Part shown: positions 1 to 8,916 of the stretch, one piece after another | Layout of the letters: each line of letters opens with the position of its first letter | How positions within the stretch are numbered: the stretch's first letter is position 1 | Made by a program: the position numbers and the translations under genes | The notes under the pieces: generated by a model | What the model was told of the DNA's origin: nothing | What the model saw: only the letters and a program-made list of their open reading frames with translations | Databases searched by the model: none | Virus genome (UHGV): UHGV-0150473 | Reading direction: 5' to 3' (one strand) | Origin: a virus | Length of the DNA stretch: 41,266 bases

Positions 1-50
1 GAGTTTTTCAGCTAGTTCTGGTGCTTTCTTAAATTCTGCAATGTTCTTCA
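1..50 (-). CDS. N-terminus of a leftward gene that runs off the window edge (MKNIAEFKKAPELAEKL...); function unknown
   Basis: ATG at 48-50 preceded by the same 27-bp GGAGG-containing leader found at 812-841; only 16 codons in window. Confidence 0.35.
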
Positions 51-85
51 TATATTAATTCCTCCAATTTGTTTATATTATTATT

Positions 86-541
86 TTAACGCACTTTAAA
101 TAATTTTTCAACTCTTTTTTTATTTTTACCATGTTTTATAGTATTATTAATATTTACTAAACAGTCCTTACTCCAAACACATTCAAATTTATCTTCTGGC
201 ATTTCATATTCACTTATTAATACTGTATTGTTTTTTGCTAACTCTATAGCCCACTTATCAAATTCTTCATATGGAAATTCACCTGTAGAATACCCTGTTG
301 TTTTTCTGTAAGGTGGGTCTAAATAGAATACACAGTTATTGTATTCTTCTGGATTATAGTCTATAAACGACTTACAATCAAAGGTAATACCCTTTAAATT
401 AGGCGCTTGTTTAACTAAATTTCTAATACCTTCTGCTGGCATATCTCTTTTAGTTACTTTGTCTGCTTTATATGCTCTAGCAAAACCTGACATATAGGAT
501 GCCCCAAACGAGCCACAGAATCCAACTAAACCAACATACAT
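86..541 (-). CDS. C-terminal part of a Dam-like (D12 class) N6-adenine DNA methyltransferase, containing the DPPY motif; overlaps the upstream fragment in a different frame
   Basis: Motif IV 'YLDPPY' and region 'YVGLVGFCGSFGASY' typical of Dam family; 16-nt overlap with ORF 526..816 in another frame. Confidence 0.7.
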   Translation of the reverse strand: MYVGLVGFCGSFGASYMSGFARAYKADKVTKRDMPAEGIRNLVKQAPNLKGITFDCKSFIDYNPEEYNNCVFYLDPPYRKTTGYSTGEFPYEEFDKWAIELAKNNTVLISEYEMPEDKFECVWSKDCLVNINNTIKHGKNKKRVEKLFKVR

Positions 542-816
542 GGTTCGTAGTCATTTCTATTTTCTTTTACACGATAGAACTCTTCTTCGCTGAATGTTTC
601 TGGTAATTCTTTGTAGTTATCCCTAGCATATTTTAATAACTCAATTAATTCCTTGTGTAGGTCACTACCAATTTTATTATGGTGGTTTATTTTATCAATC
701 ATGTTTGCACCACCTACAAATGGTTCAATATATGCTACTGTTTCATCTGTGATATAACTTTGAATAATTGGTGCTAATTCCTTACTTAGTCTGTTTTTAC
801 TTCCTACATATTTCAT
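526..816 (-). CDS. N-terminal part of the same Dam-like methyltransferase (SAM-binding motif I); split from the DPPY part
   Basis: 'KYVGSKNRL' and 'EPFVGGANM' (FxGxG) motifs; strong RBS GGAGGA 8 nt upstream; ends 'EPCMLV*' overlapping start of 86..541. Confidence 0.7.
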   Translation of the reverse strand: MKYVGSKNRLSKELAPIIQSYITDETVAYIEPFVGGANMIDKINHHNKIGSDLHKELIELLKYARDNYKELPETFSEEEFYRVKENRNDYEPCMLV

Positions 817-850
817 ATATTAATTCCTCCAATTTGTTTATACTACTATC

Positions 851-1075
851 TTACTTGATTATTGTTATTCTGTCAAGTGTTTTTGTTGCTAATTTCAACT
901 CACGTTGTAAGAATCCTTCTGTAGCACCGTTTGCAAATCTACAGATAAGTTCTACACCATCTACTGGTTTAAATAGTTTAGCTAGTATAACTACCTTATC
1001 ACCTTTACTACCAATACCATTGTGATTGTCGTTTTTAAGTTCTACATAATTACCTACATTAAATGTGTTTTTCAT
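851..1075 (-). CDS. hypothetical early protein (74 aa)
   Basis: ORF with RBS AGGAGG + 8 nt + ATG. Confidence 0.5.
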   Translation of the reverse strand: MKNTFNVGNYVELKNDNHNGIGSKGDKVVILAKLFKPVDGVELICRFANGATEGFLQRELKLATKTLDRITIIK

Positions 1076-1144
1076 TGTTACTACCTCCTATATGTATATA
1101 ATAACAAAACCCTAACATAAGTCAAGGGTTTTGTTTATTTATTT

Positions 1145-1855
1145 TTAGAATGGTAAATCATCAGCTGTAATGTCAATTGAGTTATCAACTTCTTCAACTG
1201 GTTTTTGTTCTGGTTGGTCCTCTGGGTCAAGAGGTAATGCTTCTAACCAACCAACGTTGCTTGTTGTGTCTAATTGGTTTTTGTTAACTGTTACATCAAC
1301 AACCAGTCCAATTGCTTTTTCTTTTGCATTGTCCCAATCCACACCAACATCTTCAAACACTTCATTGAAGCGTACTTTTGCTTTTGCAATTTTTGCTTTG
1401 TTTGGAATGAATTGTTTTTTCTTTTCTAACCATACACCTGTGTTGAAGTTGAATGCGTAGTGCTTACCTTTATGTTCAATTACTACTGAACGACATTTAG
1501 GTGAATCTTGAATTGCAACAATTGGTGCTTTCTTAATACGTTTTAAGCTAACTAGTGGTTTCTCAATTTTGATAAAGCCAGAACCTTCTGTAAAGTATGC
1601 TTTGCCTGATTGTTCATCAACAAATAGTTCAATCTCGTTATCTTCTTCAAAACTTCCACCAGCTAATTTTAATGCTTCCTTATATTTTTTCATTGCTTCT
1701 TTTGAATCTTCCCATTTTTCAGTATCTTTATTGAATTGTTGTTTGTATGCTACTGCGTCATACATTTCTGAATAGTCTAATTTTGCAACTTGTAATTTAG
1801 TTGAAATTTCTGAATCATCTACACTCACGATAACTAATTTTGTTTTTTCTGACAT
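1145..1855 (-). CDS. putative ssDNA-binding protein (non-canonical) with SSB-type acidic C-terminal tip ...DITADDLPF
   Basis: C-terminus ends DDLPF like bacterial SSB tips (DDDIPF/DDDLPF) after acidic/Pro-rich linker; RBS GGAGGAA; sits in recombination/replication module. Confidence 0.45.
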   Translation of the reverse strand: MSEKTKLVIVSVDDSEISTKLQVAKLDYSEMYDAVAYKQQFNKDTEKWEDSKEAMKKYKEALKLAGGSFEEDNEIELFVDEQSGKAYFTEGSGFIKIEKPLVSLKRIKKAPIVAIQDSPKCRSVVIEHKGKHYAFNFNTGVWLEKKKQFIPNKAKIAKAKVRFNEVFEDVGVDWDNAKEKAIGLVVDVTVNKNQLDTTSNVGWLEALPLDPEDQPEQKPVEEVDNSIDITADDLPF

Positions 1856-1932
1856 AATAAAGTTCCTCCAATAATTTGCTTTTATTTTTTACTACTTAAA
1901 TAGTATAACATACTTTCCCTAACTTGTGTACC

Positions 1933-2181
1933 TTATTTTCCTAAAATAATATAACGTTTATTGTAATTAATGAAGATATTAATTAGGTCACCACCTAGTT
2001 CATGTGCAGTACCTTTTAAGGTGTATTCATTTTCATTTTTAGTAATTGTAAAATTATCTAAATAGTATCCTACCTCATCAATCTCTACCCAACTGCTAAC
2101 ATACGCTGAAATCCCATGAACAACGATTGCTTCTGTTTTTCCATCTAATGTGTGTACATTCCACATTGGTAATTCAGTCAT
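1933..2181 (-). CDS. hypothetical protein (82 aa)
   Basis: ORF, start/stop coupled with neighbours. Confidence 0.45.
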   Translation of the reverse strand: MTELPMWNVHTLDGKTEAIVVHGISAYVSSWVEIDEVGYYLDNFTITKNENEYTLKGTAHELGGDLINIFINYNKRYIILGK

Positions 2182-2475
2182 TTAAATTTCCTCCAATATC
2201 ATTGTATTTACGTTGTAGTCAACATCAAGGTGGAATCTACCACCAGCATATTTTTCGCTACCATCCATAGTTATAAGCACCGCTCTCATAACGTGGAACT
2301 CATTTGTTTTATATTCTACTTCCATACTTTCAACATAAAATGTAGCACCGTCAAAGTCAAATTCTGGCGCATTGTGTTTATTTCTACGCTCTACCAGTTT
2401 TTTAAATGTGATACTTCCTTCTTTTAAATCCTTTGAAAAATACGTACAACGTAATACATCTTCTTTGATAATCAT
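2182..2475 (-). CDS. hypothetical protein (97 aa)
   Basis: ORF; ATGA/TAAATG coupling with flanking genes. Confidence 0.45.
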   Translation of the reverse strand: MIIKEDVLRCTYFSKDLKEGSITFKKLVERRNKHNAPEFDFDGATFYVESMEVEYKTNEFHVMRAVLITMDGSEKYAGGRFHLDVDYNVNTMILEEI

Positions 2476-3294
2476 TTAAATTTCCTCCCATTCAATTCCT
2501 AATTGTCTTAATTTGGTTAAGTCTGATGTCTTAACCTTAATATTAGTATAACTCACTTCAATTGGTTTGTCAACAACTTTATCTTCATTTCCTGTTAAAA
2601 TTACAATGTCAGGAACTTTTGTTTCTCTTACTCGTTGTTGTTCAGCTTCCAGTCGTTCACGTTCTGACTTCATTTCTTTAAATTCTTCAATAGCTTCATT
2701 CATATTGAAACCATTTCTTGAATATGCAATAAGTATTGCCATGCGGTCATCTTTGTCTGTTACCTGTTCTTTCAAGTCTGAATAGTCTTGTTTAAACAGT
2801 TCAAAATACATCACAATTGCTTGTGTGATTGTTTTTTGTGAGGTTGCTTTATTAGTTACTAAACTTCTGTTTTTTACAATGAACTTATCAAAAGATAGCC
2901 ATTGTGGCGCATTATATGAAGCTTGGTACTTATTGAAAAGTTCTTCAATTTGTAATGTACGTTCTTTTTGTTCTTGCTCGTTGAACGTTTTAATTTGTAC
3001 ATTAACATGTTCTATACCTTCCTTTAGTACATCTTTTAAAGTCTGAATCTTCTGGTTCAATTCGTCATAAGGTGTCATGATTTCACTTTTCACTAGTTTA
3101 CGTTGTGTGTCTAGCTCTCTAATTCGTTTATTGATTGTAGCTACTAGTTTTTTATTCTCTTTGATTGTTTCTTCTGTAACTTCTTGTTCTTTCATTTTAT
3201 CAGCCAACTTCTGTGCGTCATTTAGTATTTTTTCATAGTCTGCAAATTCGATTGACTGAACACCATTGGTTTTAATTGCAATTTCAAATTCCAT
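2476..3294 (-). CDS. coiled-coil phage protein, DUF1351-like (often paired with recombinases)
   Basis: 272 aa, highly charged coiled-coil composition; position next to SSB-like gene; family assignment from memory only. Confidence 0.4.
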   Translation of the reverse strand: MEFEIAIKTNGVQSIEFADYEKILNDAQKLADKMKEQEVTEETIKENKKLVATINKRIRELDTQRKLVKSEIMTPYDELNQKIQTLKDVLKEGIEHVNVQIKTFNEQEQKERTLQIEELFNKYQASYNAPQWLSFDKFIVKNRSLVTNKATSQKTITQAIVMYFELFKQDYSDLKEQVTDKDDRMAILIAYSRNGFNMNEAIEEFKEMKSERERLEAEQQRVRETKVPDIVILTGNEDKVVDKPIEVSYTNIKVKTSDLTKLRQLGIEWEEI

Positions 3295-3466
3295 TGCGTT
3301 CGTCCTCCGCTTTCAATCGTAGCCACTTAGCTTTGAAAATCTCGTTAAATGTGAATCCCATTTTAATTAGGTCTGTTCGTTCCTCTAATGTGTTTAGTAG
3401 GTCATTTACAGTATAACCATAATCTAACATTAATAACATTTTATAACTCATTTGTTCATTCTTCAT
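3284..3466 (-). CDS. hypothetical protein (60 aa; start chosen at MKNEQ with RBS GCGGAGGAAA)
   Basis: RBS-supported internal ATG of ORF 3284..3520. Confidence 0.4.
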   Translation of the reverse strand: MKNEQMSYKMLLMLDYGYTVNDLLNTLEERTDLIKMGFTFNEIFKAKWLRLKAEDERNGI

Positions 3467-3592
3467 AAAAATTTTCCTCCGCTTCAATAACCTTTTTGAT
3501 TGTTTCTTTAAATGGTTCACTTACATTGTAAAACCCTACTTTCATAATGTAAGTATTCATCATGTCAATAATATTCAGAAAGTCTGTTTGTG

Positions 3593-4372
3593 TTAGGTTG
3601 ATTGCTTTTTCTTTTTCCATTCTTCCACGTCCTCCATTGTCAATCTGTTTTCATCTTTTTTAGTACGTTTGATTAGTCCTTCAAAAGTTGAATATGTTTC
3701 GCTTTGGTGTAATGGTACCACAATTGAATCTGGTTTGCAATACTTTTCTGTAAATTCTCTATGTTCAGTTGAAGCTAAGTGACGATATGAACCGTTGCTA
3801 AAAATATCAAAACCAGTGTGGGCTTTTGTGGATTCATAAAATTCAATTACTAAAGGATTGTAATTAGATTCTAACAGACAGTAGTCTACTTGTAAAGAGT
3901 TTTTATCTAAATATTCCTGATAATCAATTGTAGTACTTAAATCAGTTGCATATAACAATACTTCACCTGATTCAACATCTTCAATAATGAAACCATGGCA
4001 GTCAACTAATTCTTCACCAGCACCATGATAGTTCTGAATCGTTGTGAATTTCATTGTACCAATTTGAAATTGAAAGTTATCACTAAAAACAATATCTGCA
4101 CCCATTTTAGTTTTTTCAAACATTAAATTATTTACTTCTTCATTAGCTAAAATTTTAATGTTTGGAAAGTTTTCACGAATCTTCTTATAAACAGCTGGCT
4201 TGAAATGGTCACCGTGCCTGTGCGTTACAATAATGAAATGCACATCATATAAGAAGGGTTCAATATATTTATACGGTTTACCAAAATCTACTAAGATACC
4301 TAGATTGTTATTAAAGATTGATACTGCGTTTCCTTTACTACCTGTGTAGTGTACGTTCCATTTGAATGACAT
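3593..4372 (-). CDS. MBL-fold metallo-hydrolase (metallo-beta-lactamase superfamily)
   Basis: HxHxDH motif 'THRHGDH' near N-terminus, 259 aa. Confidence 0.7.
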   Translation of the reverse strand: MSFKWNVHYTGSKGNAVSIFNNNLGILVDFGKPYKYIEPFLYDVHFIIVTHRHGDHFKPAVYKKIRENFPNIKILANEEVNNLMFEKTKMGADIVFSDNFQFQIGTMKFTTIQNYHGAGEELVDCHGFIIEDVESGEVLLYATDLSTTIDYQEYLDKNSLQVDYCLLESNYNPLVIEFYESTKAHTGFDIFSNGSYRHLASTEHREFTEKYCKPDSIVVPLHQSETYSTFEGLIKRTKKDENRLTMEDVEEWKKKKQST

Positions 4373-4382
4373 TTGCTACCTC

Positions 4383-4862
4383 CTAATATTGAGATGGTGT
4401 ATTGCGTTCAGACCATGGGTTGCCTTCTAATTCCCATAACTCTTTGCCAAGTCGTTTAGCAGTATCCCATTTGTCTTTGTCAATACATTTATTGATTTCA
4501 ATAATTAATTTGTGACGCTTATCCTCTACTTTTTTGCGCAGTGGACGTGCTACACGTTGTTTACCTTCTTGTGGGTTAATAGCCCAACCAAGATTATTGC
4601 AGTGTGTGTTATTAACATCACCATCTTTGTAATATAGGTAGCCTAGATTATCTTTGTTTAGTACAAATGATTCAGCTACTAAGTTAGCAATAAAAAATTT
4701 ACGTGTCTTGTTGTGTGAGCCTTCTAATACTACATATGGTTTGCCGTTGTCATCATATGAGTTCCATACCGTTAAACTTGTGTCACGGTCAATCACATAT
4801 CCCATGTTTGAAACTGCGTATCTCTCATACGGTTCAAACAATGGTTCAAATTTTTCAATCAT
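4383..4862 (-). CDS. HNH homing endonuclease (NUMOD4/HNH_3-like)
   Basis: 'YAVSNMGYV' NUMOD4-like N-term and 'DGDVNNTHCNNLGW' HNH_3-like motif. Confidence 0.6.
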   Translation of the reverse strand: MIEKFEPLFEPYERYAVSNMGYVIDRDTSLTVWNSYDDNGKPYVVLEGSHNKTRKFFIANLVAESFVLNKDNLGYLYYKDGDVNNTHCNNLGWAINPQEGKQRVARPLRKKVEDKRHKLIIEINKCIDKDKWDTAKRLGKELWELEGNPWSERNTPSQY

Positions 4863-5062
4863 TTAAGTTCCTCCAATAGTTTTTCTAGTTGTTCAATATT
4901 TAATACAATATCATTATCTGGAAAATTTGTATCTATACTAACCGAAATATTACCATCTGGATATTTTGTTACTTCTAAATAGTCATCTTTGTTCCATTTA
5001 CATAATAAGTGTATAGTTTTATAATTTCCAATTGGTCTATTAAACACTTCTACATTTTCCAT
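4859..5062 (-). CDS. hypothetical protein (67 aa; start at MENVEV with RBS AAAGAGGG)
   Basis: ORF with RBS; overlaps stop of downstream neighbour (ATGA). Confidence 0.4.
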   Translation of the reverse strand: MENVEVFNRPIGNYKTIHLLCKWNKDDYLEVTKYPDGNISVSIDTNFPDNDIVLNIEQLEKLLEELK

Positions 5063-5063
5063 A

Positions 5064-5582
5064 TTACAACCCTCTTTCTTCAATATCTTCAATCAGCCAA
5101 GTTAGATAAGTTTTTGCTTTTTTAAGGTCCTCTAGTCCGTTTTTATCTTCATAACGCAATGGATATTTTAGAATGTTACCTTCTAAGAAACCACGGTATT
5201 TCTCTTTAGTCATGTTAGCTTTCATGATTTGAATTGGTTGGATACCGTTGTTTGTGTAATGGTCTTGTTTGTCAATTAAATCAGAAGCTGTTTTATGTGC
5301 TTCTTTTTCTAAATGTTTTGTAACAACATCATCTGACTGGTTTAAGTATTCGTCATATGTCATAGTTTCTTCTTGTTCATGTTCAACACCATCACATTTT
5401 GAATCATCAAAATTAACTTCTAATTCAGGAATAACAAAATGGTTTTTAAAAGCACTCTCTGTAGTATATGTGTGTGTTCCATCATGGTATTTGACTTTCC
5501 ACATTTTACCTTCCATTTTATGTGCTACACCTTTTTCCCCATTATCTTTGCGTTTTACTAACATTCCATCATGTAACTTCAT
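5064..5582 (-). CDS. DUF3310-domain phage protein
   Basis: C-terminal 'GNILKYPLRYEDKNGLEDLKKAKTYLTWLIE' matches DUF3310 consensus (GNVIKY..R....G.EDL.KA..YL); own TTGACA-17-TAGAAT promoter upstream. Confidence 0.55.
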   Translation of the reverse strand: MKLHDGMLVKRKDNGEKGVAHKMEGKMWKVKYHDGTHTYTTESAFKNHFVIPELEVNFDDSKCDGVEHEQEETMTYDEYLNQSDDVVTKHLEKEAHKTASDLIDKQDHYTNNGIQPIQIMKANMTKEKYRGFLEGNILKYPLRYEDKNGLEDLKKAKTYLTWLIEDIEERGL

Positions 5583-5711
5583 TTAAATTCCTCCTAATGT
5601 TTTATAATATTATTCTATCATATTGACGTTTATTTGTCAACACAAAACTTTAATTTTATGTTATAATAAATTATAAGTTAGTAAAGGTGATTCCTCCCAC
5701 CTTAGACTAAT

Positions 5712-5750
5712 TACACCTCACGTTACGGCGTGGGGTTTTTTTTTTTTTAC
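5712..5750 (+). terminator. plus-strand (antisense to early genes) intrinsic terminator with T13
   Basis: CCTCACGttacggCGTGGGG + T13 on plus strand. Confidence 0.5.
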
Positions 5751-5956
5751 CAATCCATGACCTCTGCCATGTAATGAAATACTTCACTTGCGTATTGCAT
5801 ATTTTGAAAACTTGTAAATCCTTCATCACGTTTATAGGTCATTACTGAATATGGAAAATCTGTACTGTACACATCACCAAACCCATTGGGGTTGTGTTTA
5901 ATACTAATACCCCATCCATTTTCAAACTCTCTACTTAACATATCCATACTATTCAT
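5747..5956 (-). CDS. hypothetical protein (69 aa)
   Basis: ORF translationally coupled to primase gene. Confidence 0.4.
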   Translation of the reverse strand: MNSMDMLSREFENGWGISIKHNPNGFGDVYSTDFPYSVMTYKRDEGFTSFQNMQYASEVFHYMAEVMDW

Positions 5957-6696
5957 TATTCATTCTCCATTCTTCTAATTTCTCGTTTTTTAACTGAATC
6001 ATATGTGCGTTTCAGTTCTGTACTGTCAAGTGGGGGATTACATCCTATCTGGTTAGTATATTGCGCCCAAACCCATACTTCTTCATGCTCTAATCCTGTA
6101 GCAAACAACTTACCAATCATTTGCGTTATCCAGTTGTTTCGTCCTCCTTCATCACTTCCAGCGATAATATCACCTAACAGGTTTGCAGTCCATTTGCGTT
6201 CACGTTTTTTGTTCTTTTTCTGAATTGTTTTATCTGTGAAAATATCAAACCATTTTACAGGTAGGTCTGCAATTGGTGAATTGTCAATCACTTCATATTT
6301 TACACCATCAATAGTTGAACCCCACCCAACAATGTAGCGTCCATGTGTTTGGAAGTCAACACCTTCAAGTTCCTTATGGTTTTGAATAAATTGCACATCA
6401 TTATATTTTTCAGGTAGGTTGTAATACAGATGAAGCCCACCACTTGGTGTCATAACTGTTTTAGTGTCTGGTAACTCAATATCATACTTTTCGCAAAACT
6501 CTTTGAGGTTATCAGCACCACTAACACCATTATGAGTGTCAATATCAATTACTGCAATACCTGATAACTTACCAGTTAAAATACCATAGTTACCACCTTC
6601 TGCAACCCACTTCTTTACTTCTACTTTATCTTCACCATTAAATGAACCAGCAACTAACGGTGCTTTGCCATTCTTTTTAAGTCTTAATAGTTCCAT
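5956..6696 (-). CDS. DNA primase/polymerase (Prim-Pol, bifunctional DNA primase-polymerase N-terminal domain)
   Basis: 'GIAVIDIDTHNG...SGGLHLYY' Prim-Pol motifs; start at MELLRL with RBS AGGAGGAA (ORF-track start 6717 contains the RBS). Confidence 0.65.
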   Translation of the reverse strand: MELLRLKKNGKAPLVAGSFNGEDKVEVKKWVAEGGNYGILTGKLSGIAVIDIDTHNGVSGADNLKEFCEKYDIELPDTKTVMTPSGGLHLYYNLPEKYNDVQFIQNHKELEGVDFQTHGRYIVGWGSTIDGVKYEVIDNSPIADLPVKWFDIFTDKTIQKKNKKRERKWTANLLGDIIAGSDEGGRNNWITQMIGKLFATGLEHEEVWVWAQYTNQIGCNPPLDSTELKRTYDSVKKREIRRMENE

Positions 6697-6707
6697 ATTG
6701 TTTCCTC

Positions 6708-6896
6708 CTATGAACATGCTACAATCTTAGCTGTTTCTAAATTATAACTATTTACTTCAATAATAAGCACATCAAGTCCATGTATGTTCTCCATCACTTC
6801 CTCCATATAATTTTCTGCTAACTCTTTGGTAGTGAAAACCTCTGATTGGTAAGCTAGTGTTCTAGCTTCAAAATCAATAATATTTACAATATACAT
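6708..6896 (-). CDS. hypothetical protein (62 aa)
   Basis: ORF downstream of consensus promoter at 6903-6958, RBS GAGGAGG. Confidence 0.45.
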   Translation of the reverse strand: MYIVNIIDFEARTLAYQSEVFTTKELAENYMEEVMENIHGLDVLIIEVNSYNLETAKIVACS

Positions 6897-6902
6897 TTTA
6901 AT

Positions 6903-6958
6903 TCCTCCTCTTATCTTATGTACCTACTATATCATAGGATATAGTAGTTGTCAACTAT
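6903..6958 (-). promoter_or_regulatory. early sigma-A promoter TTGACA-17-TATAGT with internal 10-bp inverted repeat (CTACTATATC-N4-GATATAGTAG); near-identical copy at 15419-15475
   Basis: Consensus hexamers on minus strand; palindrome spans spacer and -10. Confidence 0.55.
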
Positions 6959-7131
6959 TTAATTGAATAAAACACTAAGTTCTCTAATTTTAATACGAAT
7001 ATTTCTGAATCACCAAAACTAAGTTCTAAAAAACGTTGTGTGATATTTACACGTTTAACATTGGTAAATAAGATATTTCTATTATCTTTACCAGCCATAA
7101 AGTTTACTGTTACTTCTTTTAATTCTTTCAT
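6955..7131 (-). CDS. small hypothetical protein (58 aa, MKELKEVTVNFMAGKDN...)
   Basis: Not in ORF track (<60 aa); RBS GGAGGA 9 nt upstream; ATGA overlap with helicase stop. Confidence 0.4.
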   Translation of the reverse strand: MKELKEVTVNFMAGKDNRNILFTNVKRVNITQRFLELSFGDSEIFVLKLENLVFYSIK

Positions 7132-8432
7132 TTTAATATATCCTCCATCATTTCATTAGTAAAGTCTTGACCGTTTGTAACTGTTTCAAAAATCTTTTTC
7201 TCCGTTGGTGTTTCAGGTACAATGTGATAATAAAGTGGTTTCTTGGTTTGACCATAACGGTCTGTGCGTGCCTTAGATTGTTCATAGTTGATTGATTCTA
7301 AAGGCATTGAATTGTAAATTGTCACATTTGCAATAACAAAATCATTAATACCTGTAGAAGCTGATTTGTAGTGTGCTAACACAACACCGTTGTCTTTACC
7401 TTTAAATACTTTTAAGTCTTTGCTAGCGCCATTATATTGACTATATGGACGTTTTAACTTGTCTAATACTTGTTTCAACATTTCAAATTCCACATTGTAA
7501 TTATAAAAGATAACTACTCGTTCGTTGTTATGTGTTTCAAGAATCTGGTTCAGTCGTTCAAATGGTTCTTTGCTTACCTGTTTGTTGATTCCTAATAAGA
7601 AACCATGTGATACACAGCGCATTGCGTTAAATAGTTTACTACTATTATCTAATTCAATCACTTCACCGTTATCTGCTTTGTACATGCGGTTTTTCTTTAA
7701 TTTATTAAACATTGCTGGCTTTTTAGTCTTATACACATAGTCTGCTGGGAAATAGTCTTTATCACGTGTGAAGCGTACTGCACATTGGTCAATCATTTGT
7801 TGTAATAAATGTTCGTTTTGATAACCTACAATATCCATAAACCGCATAGAACCCATTTGTCGCATTTGCTTAATAACAAATAGTTGCTCAAACTCTTTTT
7901 TAGGCTTGCGGAATACATTAAGCATAAATAACTGCGGATAGTAGTTTTCTAACTTGCCATTACTAACAGGTGTTGCTGTTAATAGTCTAACATAAGGTGT
8001 TTTCTTTGTCAACTTCATAGCAAACTTAGTTACTTTTGAGGAACTAACACCAACCTTGTGTGCTTCGTCTAAAATTATGAACGTGTCACTATCTACCCAT
8101 TTTAACAATTCAGTCACTCTCCAGCTACTTTCAAATGAGATTGCAACTCGTGTTGATTCAGCTAATAACTCTTTATTTTTCTTTGTTCCTTTATTGAGTG
8201 GTGTAATCTCAATATCCATCAACGCGCCATCTTCCACAAAGTCCGCAACTTTTGGTGCTAAACAGATAACTAGCAACTTCTTACACCCGCTTTGCAGGTA
8301 GGCACCCAAGGCGGTGAATGTCTTTCCAGTGCCGGCGTCACTTAAATCATAAGGCTTTTCTTTCCATTGTTTAATACCTTCAATTTGCGTTGGTAATAAT
8401 TCTATTTTGCCTATTTTATTTGGAATATTCAA
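7128..8432 (-). CDS. SNF2-family DEAD/DEAH-box helicase
   Basis: Walker A 'DAGTGKT', DEAH box 'ILDEAHKV', helicase C motifs; TTG start with AGGAGG RBS. Confidence 0.75.
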   Translation of the reverse strand: MNIPNKIGKIELLPTQIEGIKQWKEKPYDLSDAGTGKTFTALGAYLQSGCKKLLVICLAPKVADFVEDGALMDIEITPLNKGTKKNKELLAESTRVAISFESSWRVTELLKWVDSDTFIILDEAHKVGVSSSKVTKFAMKLTKKTPYVRLLTATPVSNGKLENYYPQLFMLNVFRKPKKEFEQLFVIKQMRQMGSMRFMDIVGYQNEHLLQQMIDQCAVRFTRDKDYFPADYVYKTKKPAMFNKLKKNRMYKADNGEVIELDNSSKLFNAMRCVSHGFLLGINKQVSKEPFERLNQILETHNNERVVIFYNYNVEFEMLKQVLDKLKRPYSQYNGASKDLKVFKGKDNGVVLAHYKSASTGINDFVIANVTIYNSMPLESINYEQSKARTDRYGQTKKPLYYHIVPETPTEKKIFETVTNGQDFTNEMMEDILK

Positions 8433-8916
8433 AGATATAACCTCCTACATGTTTTCGCTTACCGTTATTATATCTATAAAACTGTGTTTGTGATATTCCC
8501 AATTGCTTAATACACTCACCTAATGAATTATACACATTGTATTCTCCATTTGCAATATCTATAGCTTTTATTTTCTTTTGCTTAGATATGCTAGCTCTTA
8601 TGTTGCGTGTACCATGATTAAGATTCTCTTTAATTGTAGCCCATTCAAGATTAGAAACCATGTTGTTTGTTTTATCTTCGTCAATATGGTTTACTGTAGG
8701 TTTGTTTTCTGGGTTTGGTATGAATGTTTCTGCTACTAAACGGTGTACGTTTTTATTTTTATATGTGCCATCTTTATATAATTTTAATCTCAAATAATTT
8801 TCATGTGTTAATGTTCCAAATCTAATACTACCTCTTTTTAAGCTTTTAACTCTACCTAAGTTACTAACCTGATATAAACCCTCATAACCTTTAATATCTT
8901 TCCATTCTTCAATCAT
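8416..8916 (-). CDS. HNH homing endonuclease (NUMOD4 + HNH_3)
   Basis: 'EEWKDIKGYEGLYQVSNLGRVKS' NUMOD4 signature, 'HIDEDKTNNMVSNLEWAT' HNH_3; start MIEEW overlaps VRR-NUC stop (ATGATTGA). Confidence 0.8.
   Translation of the reverse strand: MIEEWKDIKGYEGLYQVSNLGRVKSLKRGSIRFGTLTHENYLRLKLYKDGTYKNKNVHRLVAETFIPNPENKPTVNHIDEDKTNNMVSNLEWATIKENLNHGTRNIRASISKQKKIKAIDIANGEYNVYNSLGECIKQLGISQTQFYRYNNGKRKHVGGYIFEYSK

Noticed and set aside
768-1025. Plus-strand 85-aa ORF and other small plus-strand ORFs within the leftward arm (1170..1460, 1569..1775, 2230..2427 etc.)
   Set aside because: Antisense to RBS-supported minus-strand genes, no start signals
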